From assembly GCF_009834535.1 (NCBI RefSeq), contig NC_045696.1:62002001-62066000 (forward strand): a stretch of 64,000 bases of DNA. Direction: 5' to 3'. A model generated the notes under the pieces. The model did no database searches, had not been told where the DNA came from, and worked only from the letters and a program-made list of their open reading frames with translations. The position numbers were made by a program, and so were the translations under genes. Source of the DNA: Camelus ferus (lineage: Eukaryota). Shown one piece after another: positions 12,030 to 26,610 of the stretch. The first letter of the stretch is position 1. Every line of letters begins with the position of its first letter.

Positions 12030-13600
12030 AGACCACCAAGGCAGATTTGAAAAAGAATCAGAAAAAAGTTCTAGAAAGAAAACGGCACTTTGAAATGAAA
12101 AAGTTATTTTTGGCTTAAAGAGCAGATTAGACACAAATGAACAGAATTTATGAACTAGAAAACAAATCTAACTGAAATTAAGTACAAGGAGATAGAGTTG
12201 ACAAATAAGACATTGGGATTAAAAGACATGGAGAACAGAATGACAATGTTCTCTCACAGTAGTTCAAGAAGGACACAGCACACACAATGTAGGAAAGGAA
12301 AATTTAAAAAGATAATGGCTAAGATTCCAGAATTGATGAGATAGGACTCCTCTAATTCAGGAGGTATAAAAAACCCCAAGCATTATAAATGAAATGCTAG
12401 GCATAGATACATTTTAGTAAAACTGCAGAACACTAAAGACTAAGAGACTTAAAAGCAACCTGAAAAAAAAAAATCAACTACAAACACAATAGGGTGATCT
12501 TTTTTGTTAAACAGCAACAAAAGAAGCCAGATAGTATAAAGTAACATATTCATAGTACTGAGAGACAACATTTGTCAACCTAGAGTTCTAGATTGAATTA
12601 TATTTGTAAGTAAGAGTAAATTAAAAATATTTTCCAGCAAACCTCAAGAATATTTACCATCAGAAAGTCACTGCTGAAAGAACAATCCAAGAGTTCTCAC
12701 TAAGGTGCATTTGGGTATCTGAGGGACATTTTTGCTTCCTGGAATGACTAGGGAGTTCTACTAGTATGAGAATGGGAGCTAGAAAAGCTAAATTTTCTAC
12801 AATGACCAAGATAGTCCTTGTTTGGAACAACAAATCCTATCCCAGTGCTGTTAGTGACTTACTGAGAAACACTCTAGAAGAAAGAAAAACAGAAGAAAGG
12901 ATGATGAACAAAAAAATTACAAAACACATGGATTAACTGTTAAAAAACAAAAAGAAAAATGACTAAGTTTGGGAGACATAAAGATGAAACAGAAGTAAAA
13001 ACCTAGAAACAGTACAATTATAGATTTCCCTAAGTCTGAGTCATTAGGGAGAACAGTAAAACGACTGATCAGTTTTAGTCGACGATTATATGGGTAATAA
13101 CCACATAAGCACACAAACTGAAAATAAAACATGGAGAAAAGAAGAGGTAAAAACCAAGCAAAAAAAGTCAGCATAGCCATATTAATATCAGGCATTATAG
13201 GTTCTAGTGTAAAAACCATTATTACAAATAAAGAGGATCATTACATAATGATAAAAATTTTCAACTCACCAGGAAGGAATGCTGATTTTAAACTTAGATG
13301 CATCTAATAACATAGTTTCAAAGATATAAAGAAAAAATATTGCTCCCAGGGCAAACTGGTAAACCAACTATTCATATAAGCTTAAAAAGTTTCTTTTAAT
13401 AACAGATAAGGTAGACAACAGATTTAAGTATAAAGAAGATATGAACTATGCAAACAACAAGGTTGAGTTAATAGGCATATTAACCTTGCAGTCAACAGAG
13501 AATACTTTCTTCAAGCACATTTTTAAAGACTGACCTCTAATAAGTGAGTCCATACCAAAAGAAAGTCTATCACACCAAACGTGTTCTCTGTCAACACTGT
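12030..13600 (+). mobile_element. Ancient L1 ORF1/EN fragments, with a probable MER20-like insert at ~12688-12873
   Basis: gcagattagacaca..gaactagaa (ORF1-like); gcatagccatattaatatcag and cattacataatgataaaa (EN-like). Confidence 0.6.
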
Positions 13601-13741
13601 AGTTCTACAACTAAGTTGAAAAATGTTAGGACGACAGCCAAAATGTATTCTTTAACTTTAGGATATAAAAAACAAAACTTTTAATAATTAATAGATCATA
13701 GTTAAAATAATAAAAACATTATTTTGATTAACATAGCCTAC

Positions 13742-13898
13742 CGATATAATACGATCTCCTTTTCTGAGCTCTCCACTAAGATCAGCAGGTCCTCCAGCCA
13801 AAATAAAGGAAATAAATATTCCTTCTCCATCTTCACCTCCTACAATGTTGAAACCCAGGCCTGTTGAGCCACGATGAAGAACAACTCTTCTAGGTTCC
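13742..13898 (-). CDS. DLG1: DLG1 exon, PDZ3 N-part ([52 protein letters not shown])
   Basis: Manual translation; acceptor ttttcag|G, donor TCG|gtaggc; 157 nt, phase 2-0. Confidence 0.97.
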
Positions 13899-14329
13899 CT
13901 GAAAATTAAAAAAATGCTGAGTACCTTAAATTTTATAAATAACTTGACATTTTATCAATGAGAATCCCTATTGATAAATCATATTACCAAACTATAAAGA
14001 AAATTAGGTTAAATTTAAAAGGGTTTTCTAAACTCTGGGTAAAGAGATTCTTTCTAAGCCTAGAAATTAAAAGGAAAAGCCCTAATCTTATATAAAAGCT
14101 AAAAACTCACGTTAACAAACACAAAAACAAACTTGAAACTAAAATAAAAAGAAGAAAGCAATGCGGAAACTAAAAAAAGTGCTATAAAGAGCCCACTCAA
14201 AAATAATAGTTATGAAAACTTTATGATGCACACATTTTATTGCCTATGAAGCAGTCACTGGCTCTTACATGTTGTACAAGGTGGGTATCTCTTTGTCTTA
14301 GAGAAGGTAGGTCCCTTTTTCAGTTCCAA

Positions 14330-14715
14330 AGGTATGAATCATGAATAACCTATGCCAGGCACTGCAATTCTACTACCCTTTGCTAAGGTGAGGCTATGAC
14401 CCTATTCTGGCCTCTGAGAAATGAAGGAAAATTTTATTGTCACTTCCTAAAGAAAGACAGATTCTACCAAGGACAAAGCACATTCTGTCTCCATACAAAG
14501 CACATTTGCCCCCCTCCTCAGCCCAAATCTATAATAGTTTATTATAGAATAAACTATAAAATCCCAATACTGATTTGGACATATTATAATCATGAAGATA
14601 AGACCAAGAGAATCCCAGAGCCACCATGGACCTAGGGTTGCTACACAAACGTTGGAATTGCCCATTTCTAGACTTTTTATATAAAATAATTAAATATTTT
14701 TATTTCTTAAGTCAC
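14330..14715 (+). mobile_element. Possible ancient MaLR LTR (MLT1-like)
   Basis: Weak MLT1-like motifs atgaccctattctggcc and tttctagactttt..ttaagtcac. Confidence 0.3.
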
Positions 14716-15544
14716 GTTCCTCCATCCATTTATCTATCTCTGCTTTTCATCTATTCTAAGATGTATCTTTCTTGCTCCCCCAATCCCTGATTTAAAATTC
14801 CTGAAATCAGAATATATCTTACCACTAATAATGTTTCATAATTGCTGCCAGTTGTACATAGTTATGTGAAAACCATTTACATCTTCTGGTAAGACCATGA
14901 AAATTCTAACAGCAGATCATTTTAGATATGATGAATTACAGAATACTATTTGAGATTAGAATGTATCATATTTGGTAAATATTTTAAAAATTTAATCTGC
15001 TTTTTCTAAAACATTGCAGAAAGCTATTGGTAACAAAAGACTTAACAGAAGTAAATACTTTTAAAAACTGAACTTTAGGAATCCTTCCATATAATGTGGA
15101 ATTAATCTTAAATATTTGTCTTCTCAAAACTTAAAAGTCTTCTTGTCATACATAGATATTCATTATTAATCAGTTTTGTTAGTTCATTTACAGGATTAGC
15201 AAAATTATATTTTGTCAAAAGTAGCAAAACTAAACAATATGCTGTTTAGGAAATATAAACAAACAATATATGAAAGAAAAAAGAGAACAATAAACTCAAA
15301 ATTTGGGAAAGAAGTTAACTTGGGGCAGTGTAGGAGAAGCAGGGTAGGATCAGGGGCACAGGACAGGTTTCACTATATTGGTGATGTCTTATTTCTTTGT
15401 TAGATTGTGGACTCATGCTTAGGGTTTATAGTACGTTAGAACATATGTATGAAGTACATTTTTGCATTAGCAAATAATAATTTAAAAATATCCTGCTGAA
15501 ATCAAACAGTATTTCCAGAGGAAAATAAATTCTGATTTTTCAAA

Positions 15545-16060
15545 TAAGATAAGCATATGAAGAGATTCTCAACATCGCTATTCCTTAGGGAAATGTATCA
15601 AAATCACAATGAGATACAATCTACCTACTACAATGGTCATAAAACAAAACAAAGCAGAAAAAACAAATGTTGATGAGGATGTGGAGAAACTGGAATCCTC
15701 ACGAACTGATGGAAGGAATGTACAGTGATGTGACTGCTACAGAAAGCAGTTAGATGGTTCCTCATAAACCTAAACATATAGTATGACCCAATAATTCTGC
15801 TTCCAGATATGTATCCAAAGGAACTGTAAGTAGGTACACAAGCAGATAAGTGCACGCCAATGTTTATCACAGCATTATTCACAATATCCAAAAGGCAGAA
15901 ACAACCCAATATGAAAATGGTTACAATAGCAAATTTTATTTTATATATATTTTATCATAATTTAAAAACTTTATAATGTAATATAATAAAAATCATTGAA
16001 TTGAACATTTTAATGAATAAACTGTATGGTATGTAAATCATATCTCAACAAGACTATTAA
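15545..16060 (+). mobile_element. Old L1 ORF2 3' end and 3' UTR fragments
   Basis: tgttgatgaggatgtggagaaactggaa; tgtttatcacagcattattcacaat. Confidence 0.75.
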
Positions 16061-17243
16061 AAATGAACTTTAGAATCATTAACTATGTATGTTGAGATTT
16101 ATTTTCCTTTTTTAATCAGTAATGTGAGACAATCTGCGAAAAATTGCTTAGGGTCAAGTTATGGAGAACTTCTAACGTGAAGTAAAGATTTTTCTACTTC
16201 ATTATCTGGGCAAAGTAGTATAATCACCATAAGGAAGTAATAAAACACACACCATTTTAGGAAGACATATCCAGTAATCAATCACCTGATTTTTACAGAA
16301 AAAGAAAATAGGTAGGCCTGCTGTGTAATACCTACCACAAAGACTAACACAATATTCTAGACAAGAGATATGTAGTGAAAAAAGATGGGGACAGCAATCA
16401 AGATGTTAATATAACATATTTTTATTTGAAAAATATGCAGATTAAAGACTAGATAAGCCCTTAACCCTTATCTCCCTACATAACATCCCTATCTGACATT
16501 TAAGAGATCATTGCCTAGAGTCAGGAGTCTGACAAATAAAGAACAATTTTAATTATAAATTAATAATGCTAATAAAAATGTATTAATAAAAACATGAAAT
16601 GACATTAATTGGCATACACTTATCATTAAATGCTAGCATCAATATAAAATATTTCTATAAAATTTCTACAAAAATTATAAAGCAAACTGTACAAACATAA
16701 TGTTTCATTACTATATTAAATAATGTGAAAAAGATCTAAAATATTTTTTCACTTATTTTTTCCCACTAAGATAAGAGTTCTTTGGGAATAAAAAGGCAGT
16801 TAATCTGCCAACTCTAGTGAGGTTAGTAGTGTTATATGAAAGTAAATTTTAGGTGTCAGAATATCAAGGATATATATCAAAGAAACTCTTAAACATGAAT
16901 CAAATAACTGCCACAATATTTCATGCTATATATTTGAAAAGGAATATATAAAAAGTTAGTTTTAAATACGTATACATCCTTATCCTAGTTTTACCTAAGT
17001 TAATTTCTTAGGACAACATACCAATCCTTAAAAAAAAAAAAAAAAGCGGTGATTTATTTGTAATATAAAGTATTTTTACACTTCAGGCCCTTCAATAAAC
17101 ACTCTAATGAAAAAAATTAAGATTTAAGTTCATTACCTACTACTAAAATTATTTAGGTCTTAAAACTGTGACTATGATACTTGGATTATAACTCCATTTA
17201 ATAGTTTGCTTTATGTAAGAAGGATGAATGTTCAGTTCCTTAC

Positions 17244-17364
17244 CTTGTAATTTCATCATCCCCAAGCACTGCTTTGGAAACAGGCGAATATCTGGCTGGT
17301 GATGCTGGTGTCTGGCCCAAATAGGAAGATGGGCTAACATGGTTATCAACAGGCTGAGAAGCAG
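17244..17364 (-). CDS. DLG1: DLG1 exon, PDZ2-PDZ3 linker ([41 protein letters not shown])
   Basis: Lies within ORF 17240..17440; acceptor ttttgaag|CT, donor AG|gtaagg; 121 nt, phase 1-2. Confidence 0.95.
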
Positions 17365-17774
17365 CTTCAAAATAAAGTAAAAAACACTTGAAAAATGAAA
17401 CAAACCATTCAGTACCACATGTCTGAATGATCAATTTCAAAGTGAGTTAATGTATAATTCATATTCACTCACTTATGTAGTAGGATTTCACACAGAAAAT
17501 TAATTTATTAGGTAAAAAAAATTAGAGAAGCTCAAGTTTCTGGGTAAAAACTAGGTTAGAAATTTAGATCAGTAAAGCAAACTTATCCATCTGGTTTCTT
17601 TTGAGAAAACAGAACTAAAAAGGAGTTTTACAGTAACTGATTTGCAGAATGTAATCCAGGAAAGGTTATTTAAAAGACTGTCACAGAAAAGAGTAAACTA
17701 AATTAATCTTAAGTACAGTAACTTTTTTTTTCTAAGAAGTTATTTTGTAGATCACTATTTTCAAAAAATATATA

Positions 17775-17976
17775 TAGCTGATCCTTGAATAACATGGTGG
17801 TTGGAAGCACCAGTTCACACAGTTGAAAATCCACATAAAAAGTTGAGTTGGGCCTCCATATCCATGGTTCTGAATTCATGAATTCAGCTAACTGCAGGTC
17901 GGTAGCATGTAGGGAAAAAAATCCACGTATAAGTGGACTCGTGTAGTTCAAATCCATGTTGTTCAATGATCAAATG
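17775..17976. mobile_element. Tigger2a-like MITE
   Basis: Inverted termini tagctgatccttgaataaca ... tgttgttcaatgatcaaatg in TA context. Confidence 0.75.
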
Positions 17977-18067
17977 TATACTCAAAATTTGATTATAAAT
18001 AACAAAACCCAAAAGCTTAAAAATAGGTGCAAAAAGACTATGCTTGACAAAGTTTTAAAACAGACTG

Positions 18068-21000
18068 AGGCACTTCTAGTTTCCAGTTTGGCTTGTGAGA
18101 AGATTTGAGTCCTTACTCTGTCCTAATAACAACTAAAAAGCTGAACAAACTGAAAAATCAACAACCCTTCTTAGATCCTTAAGAGAGAGGTCACAGGGCA
18201 AAAAACTCCCCTAATCAGAGAGACTGATAGGTGAACACAGAGAATCGCAACATATCAGAACAGAAACCTCTGTGGGAACAAGGGCTGGGATAGAGTAACC
18301 TGAACTGTAATCGACAAACTGCTAGAGGCTCAGTGTGCACAACTCTGAGACTCAAAAACTCCAGGGGCTACATGGTCATCAGGGACCCCACACTTTTGAG
18401 AGTTTTACCTCCTGGATCTCTACCAGGTTCTCACAGTGAATACTGGAGAAAAATCTCCCCATGGTTCTGGCAGGAAAAGGAACTATTTTGAAATACACAA
18501 GAGCATTTTGTTCTTGTCAGCCCTCAGGGGAAACTTTTTAACCAGAGCTTCACCTGCTGGGGTTTTATCAGATCCCAACTGACCTGGGGGAAGGGAAATA
18601 ACCAACTCTAGCCCATCTAGCCATTCTGTCCCAGAAGGGAAGAGGGGAGAATACTGAGAAGTGCTATGAAGTTCACATTCTAGAGGCACAAGCTCACTAG
18701 GAGACTGAGACTTAATCACAGGACTATATAACACTTTTCTAACCCCACACCTTATCAATCACATTACTAAAGGCCTATTTACAACAGTTCATTTTACACA
18801 GTACATCATGCCTGGCTATCAAGAAAAAAATTACAAGACATACCAAAAGGCAAAAATACAGTTTGAAGAGACAGAGAAAGCATCAGAACCAAACTCATAT
18901 ACGGCAATTTGAATCAGCATACCAGGAATTTGAAACAGTAATGATGAACATACTAATGGCTCTAATGGATAAAGCAGACAGTATGCAAGAACAGATGGGC
19001 AGTATAAGCAGAGAGATGCAAATACTAAGGAAGAAAGAAAAATAATACTAGAGATCAAAGATACTGTAACAGAAATGAATGTCTTTGACGCGCTTACTAG
19101 TAGTCTGGAAATGGCTGAGGAAATAATCTCTGAGCTTGAGGATATCTCAATGGCAACTTCTAAAACTGAAAAGCAAAGAGAAAAAAATAACTCGGAAAAA
19201 AAAAAAAAAAACCAGAACAGAATATCCAAAAACTTGTGTTAACTACAAAAAGTGTAACATACACATAATGAGAGTACCAAAAGGAGGAAGAGATAAAGGA
19301 ATAGAAGAAATATCTGAAGCAATAATGATGAGAATTTCCCAATTAATGTTAGACACCAAATAATAGATCTAGGAAGCTCAAGGAACACTAAACAGGATAA
19401 ATGCAAAGAAAGTCACACCTAGGTGTATAATTTTCAAACTACAGGAAAAAAAGAAAAAGAAAGAAAAACCCTAAAAGAAGCCACAGGGGAAAAAAAACCC
19501 CTCACCCTACTATACAAGGTAAGAATTACACCTGACTTCTCAGAAACCATTTAAGCAAGACAGTAGAGTGAAATATTCAGTGTTAAGAGAAAAAAAAAAA
19601 ATCCACCTTATACCCTGTAAAGTTATCCTTCTAAAATGAAGAAGAAATCAAGACTTTCTTATATAAACAAAAACTGAGGGAATTTATTGCTAGTAGACCT
19701 GCCTTTTGAAATGTCAAAAGTTCTTCAGGGAGAAGGAAAGTTAGTAGTTCAAAAACTCAGTTATACAGAAAGTTATATGGAAAGAAAGGAAGAGCACTGA
19801 AGAAGGAATAAGTAAGGATAAAATAAAACTTACTTTTCTTATTCTTGATTGATCTGACAAGTAATACTTTGCTCAAAATAAGAGCAGTACTGTATTCAAC
19901 TATCTTTGTTTATGTGTATATATATAATTATGTATAAATGAAATGAATGTCAGCAATTATACAAAGGATGGGAGGGAGGAAAATAGAATTATTTTGTTAT
20001 TATCAGCAACTGATACTACCCACGAAGGTGTGCAACTGTTATCTGAAAGTGGAATTAGATTAGTTGTAATCTATATTGCAAACTCTAGGGCAAGCACTAA
20101 AAAAAGTAAAAGAGAATATAACTAATATACTTTTAAGAAAGGAGAAAAAATAGAATCAAATAAAATGCTTAATTAAAAACATAAAAGGCAGGAAAAATGG
20201 ATGACAAATATAGGAACAAAGAACAAGGGTAACAAATAGAAAAGAATAGCAAATACAGACATTAATCCAACTATATCAATAATCACCTTGAACAACGATG
20301 GTCTAAATGCACCAATCAGAAGACAGATATTGTCAGAGTCAACCGAAAAAACAAGATCCAATTATGTATTATCTATAAGAAAGCCACTTTAAGTATGAAG
20401 GCCTATACAGATTAAAAGGAAAAGGATGGCTCAGGATATACCACACCAACACTAATCAAAAGAAAGCAGGAGTAGCTATTATTAATTTCAGACAGAGAAG
20501 ATCTCAAAATAAGGAAAATTATCAGGGTTAAAGGAGAGCACTACTTAATGATAAAGTGGGCAATTCTCCAAGAAGACTTAACAATCCTTAACATGTACAC
20601 ATCTAACTCCAGAGTGTCAAACTATGTGAGGCCAAAACCGACAGAAATAAAAGGAAAAGCAGATTAATCCATACCTCTTTATCAGAAATGACCAGATTCA
20701 GCAGGCAGAAAATCAGGAAAGACACAGTTGAACTCAACAATATCACTAATTAATGGGATATGATGGACACCTATAGATTACTTCATCCAACAACAGCAGA
20801 ACACATATTCTTAAGCTCACACCTAACATTCACCAAGACAGCATGTCCTGGACTATAAAACACATCTTAATAAATTAAAAAAAAATAGAAATCATACAAT
20901 GTTCGCTCTCAGACCACAATGAAATTAAATTAGAAATCAGTAACAAAATGATATGTAAAAAGTCCCCAAATACATGGAGATTTAATAACACACTCCTAAA

Positions 21001-24000
21001 TAACACTTAGGTCAAAGAAAAAATCTTTAGAGAAATTAAGAAATGTTTTGAACTAAATGAAAATGAAAACACAACTTATAAAAACTTGTGGGATGCAGCA
21101 AAAACAGTGCTTAGAAGGAAACTGACAGTACTGAATGCATATATTAGAAAAAAACAAAAGATCTAAAATGAATCTTCATAGCTTCCACATTTTAAAACTA
21201 GAAAAAGAAGAGCAAATTAAATTCAAAGAAAGCAGAAGGAAAAACGGAAAAAAAAAAAGAGCAGAAATCAATGAAATTCAAAATAGTTAATCAACAGACA
21301 TAATCAACAAAACCAAAGGCTGGGTCTTTGAACAGACCAATAAAACCGATAAGCCTCTAGCCAGGCTAACTAAGAATAAAACAGAGAAGACAGAAATGAA
21401 AGAGGGCATATCACTACAGATTCCATGTACTTTAAAATAGTAATAAAGAAATACTATGAAACTTTATGCCCAAAGATTTGATAACCTAGGTGAAATGGAT
21501 CAATTCCTTGAAAGACACAATCTGCCCAAACTCACACAAAAGAAATAAACAATATGAAAAAGGCTATAAACCTATTAAAGAAACTGAATAAATAATTGAT
21601 AACCTTCCAAAAAGAAAGCACCAGTCCCAGATGGGTTTAGTTTTGTGTTCTACCAAACATTTAACCAAGAAATTATATCAAGTATCTATAATGTCTTCCA
21701 GCAGACAGAAGGTAACAGAATATTTCCTAACTCATTCTCTGAGGCCAGCATTATCCTAACAAAACCAGATAAAGAAATTACAAGGAAAAAACCTATAGAA
21801 CAATCTCTCTCATGAACATAGATGGAAAAATTTTCAACAAAGTATTAGCAAGTCAAATCCAACAACGTATAAAAAGAACTATACAGTACAAGCATCTAGG
21901 ATTTATTACAGGCATGCAAGGTAGGTTCCACCTTTAGAGGACAATATGATCCATCACACCAAAAGACTAAAGAAAAGTCACATAATCATATCAGGAGAAA
22001 GCATTTGATAAAATCTAATATCGATTCATAATAAAGACTCTCAGTTGACTAGAATAGAAAGGGGTTTTGTCAACCTGATGAAGGATATTCTACAAAAATT
22101 CTACTGCTAACATAACACTTAATGGTGAGAAGCTTGAAACTTTACTACTAAAATTAGAGCAAGTGAAGGATGTCCTAGTTAATGCGTTAAGATAGGAAAA
22201 GGAAATAAAAGGTATATAGATTGAGAAGGAAGCAATAAAACTCTTTGCAGATGTGTTAGATAGTCTATGTAAGAAATCTGAAAGAACTGACAAAAAAACT
22301 CAAGGAACTAATAAGCAATTATAGCAAGGCTGCAAAATATAAGGTTAATATATAAATGTCGATGGCTTTCCTATATGCTAGCAATGAACAAGTGTAATCT
22401 GAAATTAAAAACGCAGGACCATTTATATTAGCAGCCCCCCAAAATGATACTAAGGTATAAATTTAACAAAATATATAGAAGATCTATGTGAAGAAAACTA
22501 CAGAACTCCGATGAAACATATCAAAGAAGAATTAAATAAATGGAGAGATACAAATGGAGAGATATTCTATGTTCACTGATATTGGAGGCCACAATACTGT
22601 CAAGGTATTAGTTCTCCCCAGCTTGATCTATAGATTCAATGCGATCCTAATTAAAATACCAGGATGTTATTTTGTGGATATTGTCAAACTGATTCTAAAG
22701 TTTATATAGAGAGGCAAGACACCTAGAATAGCCAATACAATATTGAAGCAGAAGAACAAAGCTGGAGGGTTGATACGTCCTGAGTTCTAAAAAGCTACAG
22801 TAATCAAGACAGTGTGATACTGGCAAAAGAAAAAACAGATCAGTAGAATGTAACAGAATGCAGAAATAGACCCAAATATAGTCAACTGATCTTTGAAAAA
22901 GGAGCAAAGGCAATACAATGGAGTAAAGACAGTCTTTTCAACAGATGTTGTTAAAACAACTGGACATCCACACTTTTGAAAAAAAAGAATCTAGATATAA
23001 ACTTTATGAAAATTAACTCAAAATGGATCACAGACCTAACAAAACCCCAAACTATAAAAAACCTAGAAGATAACATAAGATAAAATCTAGATGATGCTGG
23101 GGCTGGCAATGATTTTTTAGAGACAACACCAAAGGCATAAATCGTAAAGAAAATTGACAAGGTAGACTTCATTAAAATTAAACATTTCTGCTCTGTGAAA
23201 GACTTGTCTAAAGAATGAAAGACAAGCCACAGACTGGGAGGAAATAGCCACAAAAAATACATGTGATAAGGGACTGTTAGCCAAAATATACAAAAAACTC
23301 TTACATGCAACAAGACAATAAACAATCCAATTAAAAAATGTGCCAAAGACTCTTAACAGACACTTCTCCAAAGAAGATATACAGATGGCAAATAAGCATA
23401 TGAACAGATGCTCCACATGATATATCATCAAGGAAATGCTAATTAAATCAATGTGATACTGCTGTATAACTATTAGAATGGCCAAAAAATAGAACACTGA
23501 TAACACCAAATGCTCATGAGAATGTGGAGCAACAGAACTCTCATAACATTGCTGGTGAGAATGAAAAATGGGCACAGCCACTCTGGAAGACAGTTTGGCA
23601 ATTCCTTATAAAAGTAAACATATTCTTACCACATAATTCAGCAGTCACACTCCTGGTTATTTACCTAAAGGAGCTGAAAACTAACGTCTACACAAAAACC
23701 TGCTCACATATGTTTAACAACAGCTTTGTCCATAACTGCCAAAACTTAGAAGAAACCAAGATATTCTTCTGTAGGTGAATGGATAAATAAACTGGTACAT
23801 ACAGACAAAGAGTTATTCAGCACTAAAAAGAAAGGAGCTATCAAACCATGAAAACATATGGTGGAAACTTAGACATATATTACTATGTGAAAGAAGCCAA
23901 CCTTAAAAGACTACATACTATATGATATAATATCTGGAAAAGGCAAAACTATGGAGGCAGTAAAAAGATCAGTGACTGACAGAGCTTAGAGGGGAGATAA

Positions 24001-24503
24001 GGATGAACAGGCAGAGCACAGGATTTTCAGGGCAGTGAAACTACTCTGCATGATACTGACGGTGAGTACATGCCATTATATACTTGTCTAAACCCATAGA
24101 ATGTACATCATCAAGAGTGAACCCTAATGTAAACCATGTTGGTTCACTGATTGTACCAAATATGTCACACTGATGAGGAATGTTGAGGGTAGGGGAGTAT
24201 GTATGTGTGGGTAGGGAGGGCTATGTGCAAACTCTCTGTACTTTCTGTTCAATTCTGCTGTGAACCTAAACTGCTCTAAAAGAATAAAGTCTATTAAAAA
24301 AAAAAAAGTGAACCCTAATGTATACTATGGGCTTTAGGTAATGATGTAGGGTCATCAATTGTAACAAATATACTACTCTGGTGGGAGATGTTGACAATAG
24401 GAGAGGCTATGCAGGTGGGACATTTCCAAACCTTCACTTAATTTTGCTGTGAACCTAAAATTGCTCTAAAATATAAAGTCTTGTTTGTTAAAAAAAAAAA
24501 AAA
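18068..24503 (+). mobile_element. Near full-length decayed L1 (L1MC-type 3' UTR), antisense to DLG1
   Basis: 5' UTR, ORF1 (~18800-19760), ORF2 (~20270-23900, many stops and frameshifts), 3' UTR aaacccatagaatgtac..gtgaaccctaatgta, poly(A) at 24490-24503. Confidence 0.9.
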
Positions 24504-25466
24504 AGATATTCCCTGACACCAGCTCAGATCTGTCAATCTAGTTTATAATTACTTTTTTTAATACACTCATAAAAGAATGGAAACCTGCTAAAAAGCAAAA
24601 ATAAAAAATAAGCTAAAATTATTTTCCTGGTTCATTTCAATAATAATAAACATTACAGATAGCTTGTAATTCTAGCAAGAGCTAAGAACAGAAAATTATA
24701 AAGCTATTCCTCATCCAGGTAAGCAACACATTTCAGGTTTAACTTCCAAAAGCACAACACATCTGAATTTTGTATTATTACTGAAGCACACAGAAAGCAG
24801 TATTTAACTTTTTTGAGGCATTAACTATGATAAAGTTATAAAGAAGTTCAAAATCTAGCTGTAATATTTATTATTTAATCATCAATCTCTTCTTTCATTA
24901 CATGACCAAGTGTCTTCTATGCACAAAACATCAAAATACACATTGAAAATGCAAAAATGCAAGGATCATTACTTCAAATTACCACAGTGGCCAAATAGGT
25001 AATTAACTTATATGAGTGAAGTAACCTTAGTGAAAGACAATAGGTAATGACTGGAACTATGGTGTACTGGAAAGAATGTATGCTCTAGCAAAAGCAGATA
25101 GCATCTCTATCTCTCAGTAATCATTCAAAAAGGAAAAAAATCTATGTCTATTGATAATTCCAATACTGATAATTGGAAATCTGGTGTATCTTTGATTTTA
25201 CAAGTTTACAGTTTCCAATAGTAACTATTTCCCGTTCAGTTTACATATAAGATGATCTTTTGCATTTGAGCCAAAGGATTTTCTACCAATGGCTCTTGAC
25301 TTCTAAAGTCCAAAGTTTTCCCTGGGTGATTTTCAAGGGAGCCGGCACATTGCCTTAAAGCAACAGACATTCATGTGAACCACTACAATCACTGGCCTTT
25401 TAAAGTCCAGAGTTTACTAATTTTGACTCAAATTTCTTTGCTGCATTATCAAGCCTGGCTGAAACT

Positions 25467-25540
25467 AAAAAAAAAAAAAAAAAACAAAACAACAACAACA
25501 ACAAAAAAAAAACAAAACAAACAAACAAAAAACAAAACAA
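25467..25540. repeat. A-rich simple repeat (A)n/(ACA)n/(AAAC)n
   Basis: Seen directly. Confidence 0.9.
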
Positions 25541-25794
25541 CTGGACAAAAAATTAAGTCAACTGCCCAAGCCAGAAGATGTACCTTTTTCTAACCATATC
25601 CAGACTGTGCCTTTATTCAATGAACTCTTTCTGGAGGAGTCATTTTCACAGGTAAGGAATAGTATCTCACATGGCAGGAACTAAAAATTAATGTTCCTAT
25701 CAAAGAAATGACAGCACAAAGAACGGTCAGATAAAACAGTGCTCTTTCCTATACCAAAAAAGATTCCTCAGAGAACTACAAAACAAAGGAACCT

Positions 25795-26610
25795 AAAAAC
25801 TACAATGAGGTATCACCTCACGCTTGTCAGAATGGCCATCATTAAAAAGCCTACAAACAATAAATGCAATAAATAAAAAGGGTGTGGAGGAAAGGGAACC
25901 CTCCTATACTGTTGGTTGAGATGTAATTTAGTGCAGCCACTATGAAAAACAGTATGGAAGGTCCTTAAAAAACTAAAAATAGAACTACTGTATGATCCAG
26001 CAATCCTACTCTTGGGCATATATCCAAAGAAAACTCTAATTCAAAAAGATACATGCACCCCAATGTTCACAGCAGCACTATTTACAATAGCCAAGACATG
26101 GCAGCAACCTAAATGTGCATCAACAGATGAATGGATAAAGAAGATGTGGTATATATACACAATGGAATACTACTCAGCCATAAAAAAGAATGAAATAATG
26201 TCATTTCCAGCAATCTGGGTGGATCTAGAGATTATCATACTAAGTGAAGTAAGTCAGACAGAGAAAGACAAATACCATATGATATCAGGTGTACGTGGAA
26301 TCTAAAAAAATGATACAAATGAACTTATTTATAAAACAGAAACAGACATAGAAAACAAACTTATGGTTACCAAAGAGGAAAGAAGGAGGAAGGATAAATT
26401 AGGAGTTTGAGATTAGCAACTATAAACTACTATATATAAAACAGATAAACAACAAGGTCCTACTGTATATATAGCACAAGGAACTATACTCAATATCTTA
26501 TAATAACCCATAATAAAAAGGAATATATATGTGTAACTGAATCACTATGCTGTACACCAGAAACTAATACAACATTGTTAAATCAACTGTACTTTAATTA
26601 ATAAATAAAT
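25795..26610 (+). mobile_element. Lineage L1 3' fragment (ORF2 C-terminus plus 3' UTR)
   Basis: ORF 26012..26305 (TCTPMFTAALFTIAKTW..WYIYTMEYYSAIKKNE); 3' UTR ending cattgttaaatcaactgtactt. Confidence 0.92.

Noticed and set aside
1..13741. Next DLG1 exon (second part of PDZ3, VNSVDLRAASHEQ...)
   Set aside because: Not found by eye on the minus strand; most likely beyond the window edge, so there is no evidence of exon loss.
23117..23581. 154-aa minus-strand ORF and similar hydrophobic ORFs as novel genes
   Set aside because: These are antisense reads of A-rich L1 sequence with no splice or domain support.
18068..24503. Active L1
   Set aside because: ORF1 and ORF2 are broken by many stops and frameshifts; the same applies to 51803-59223.
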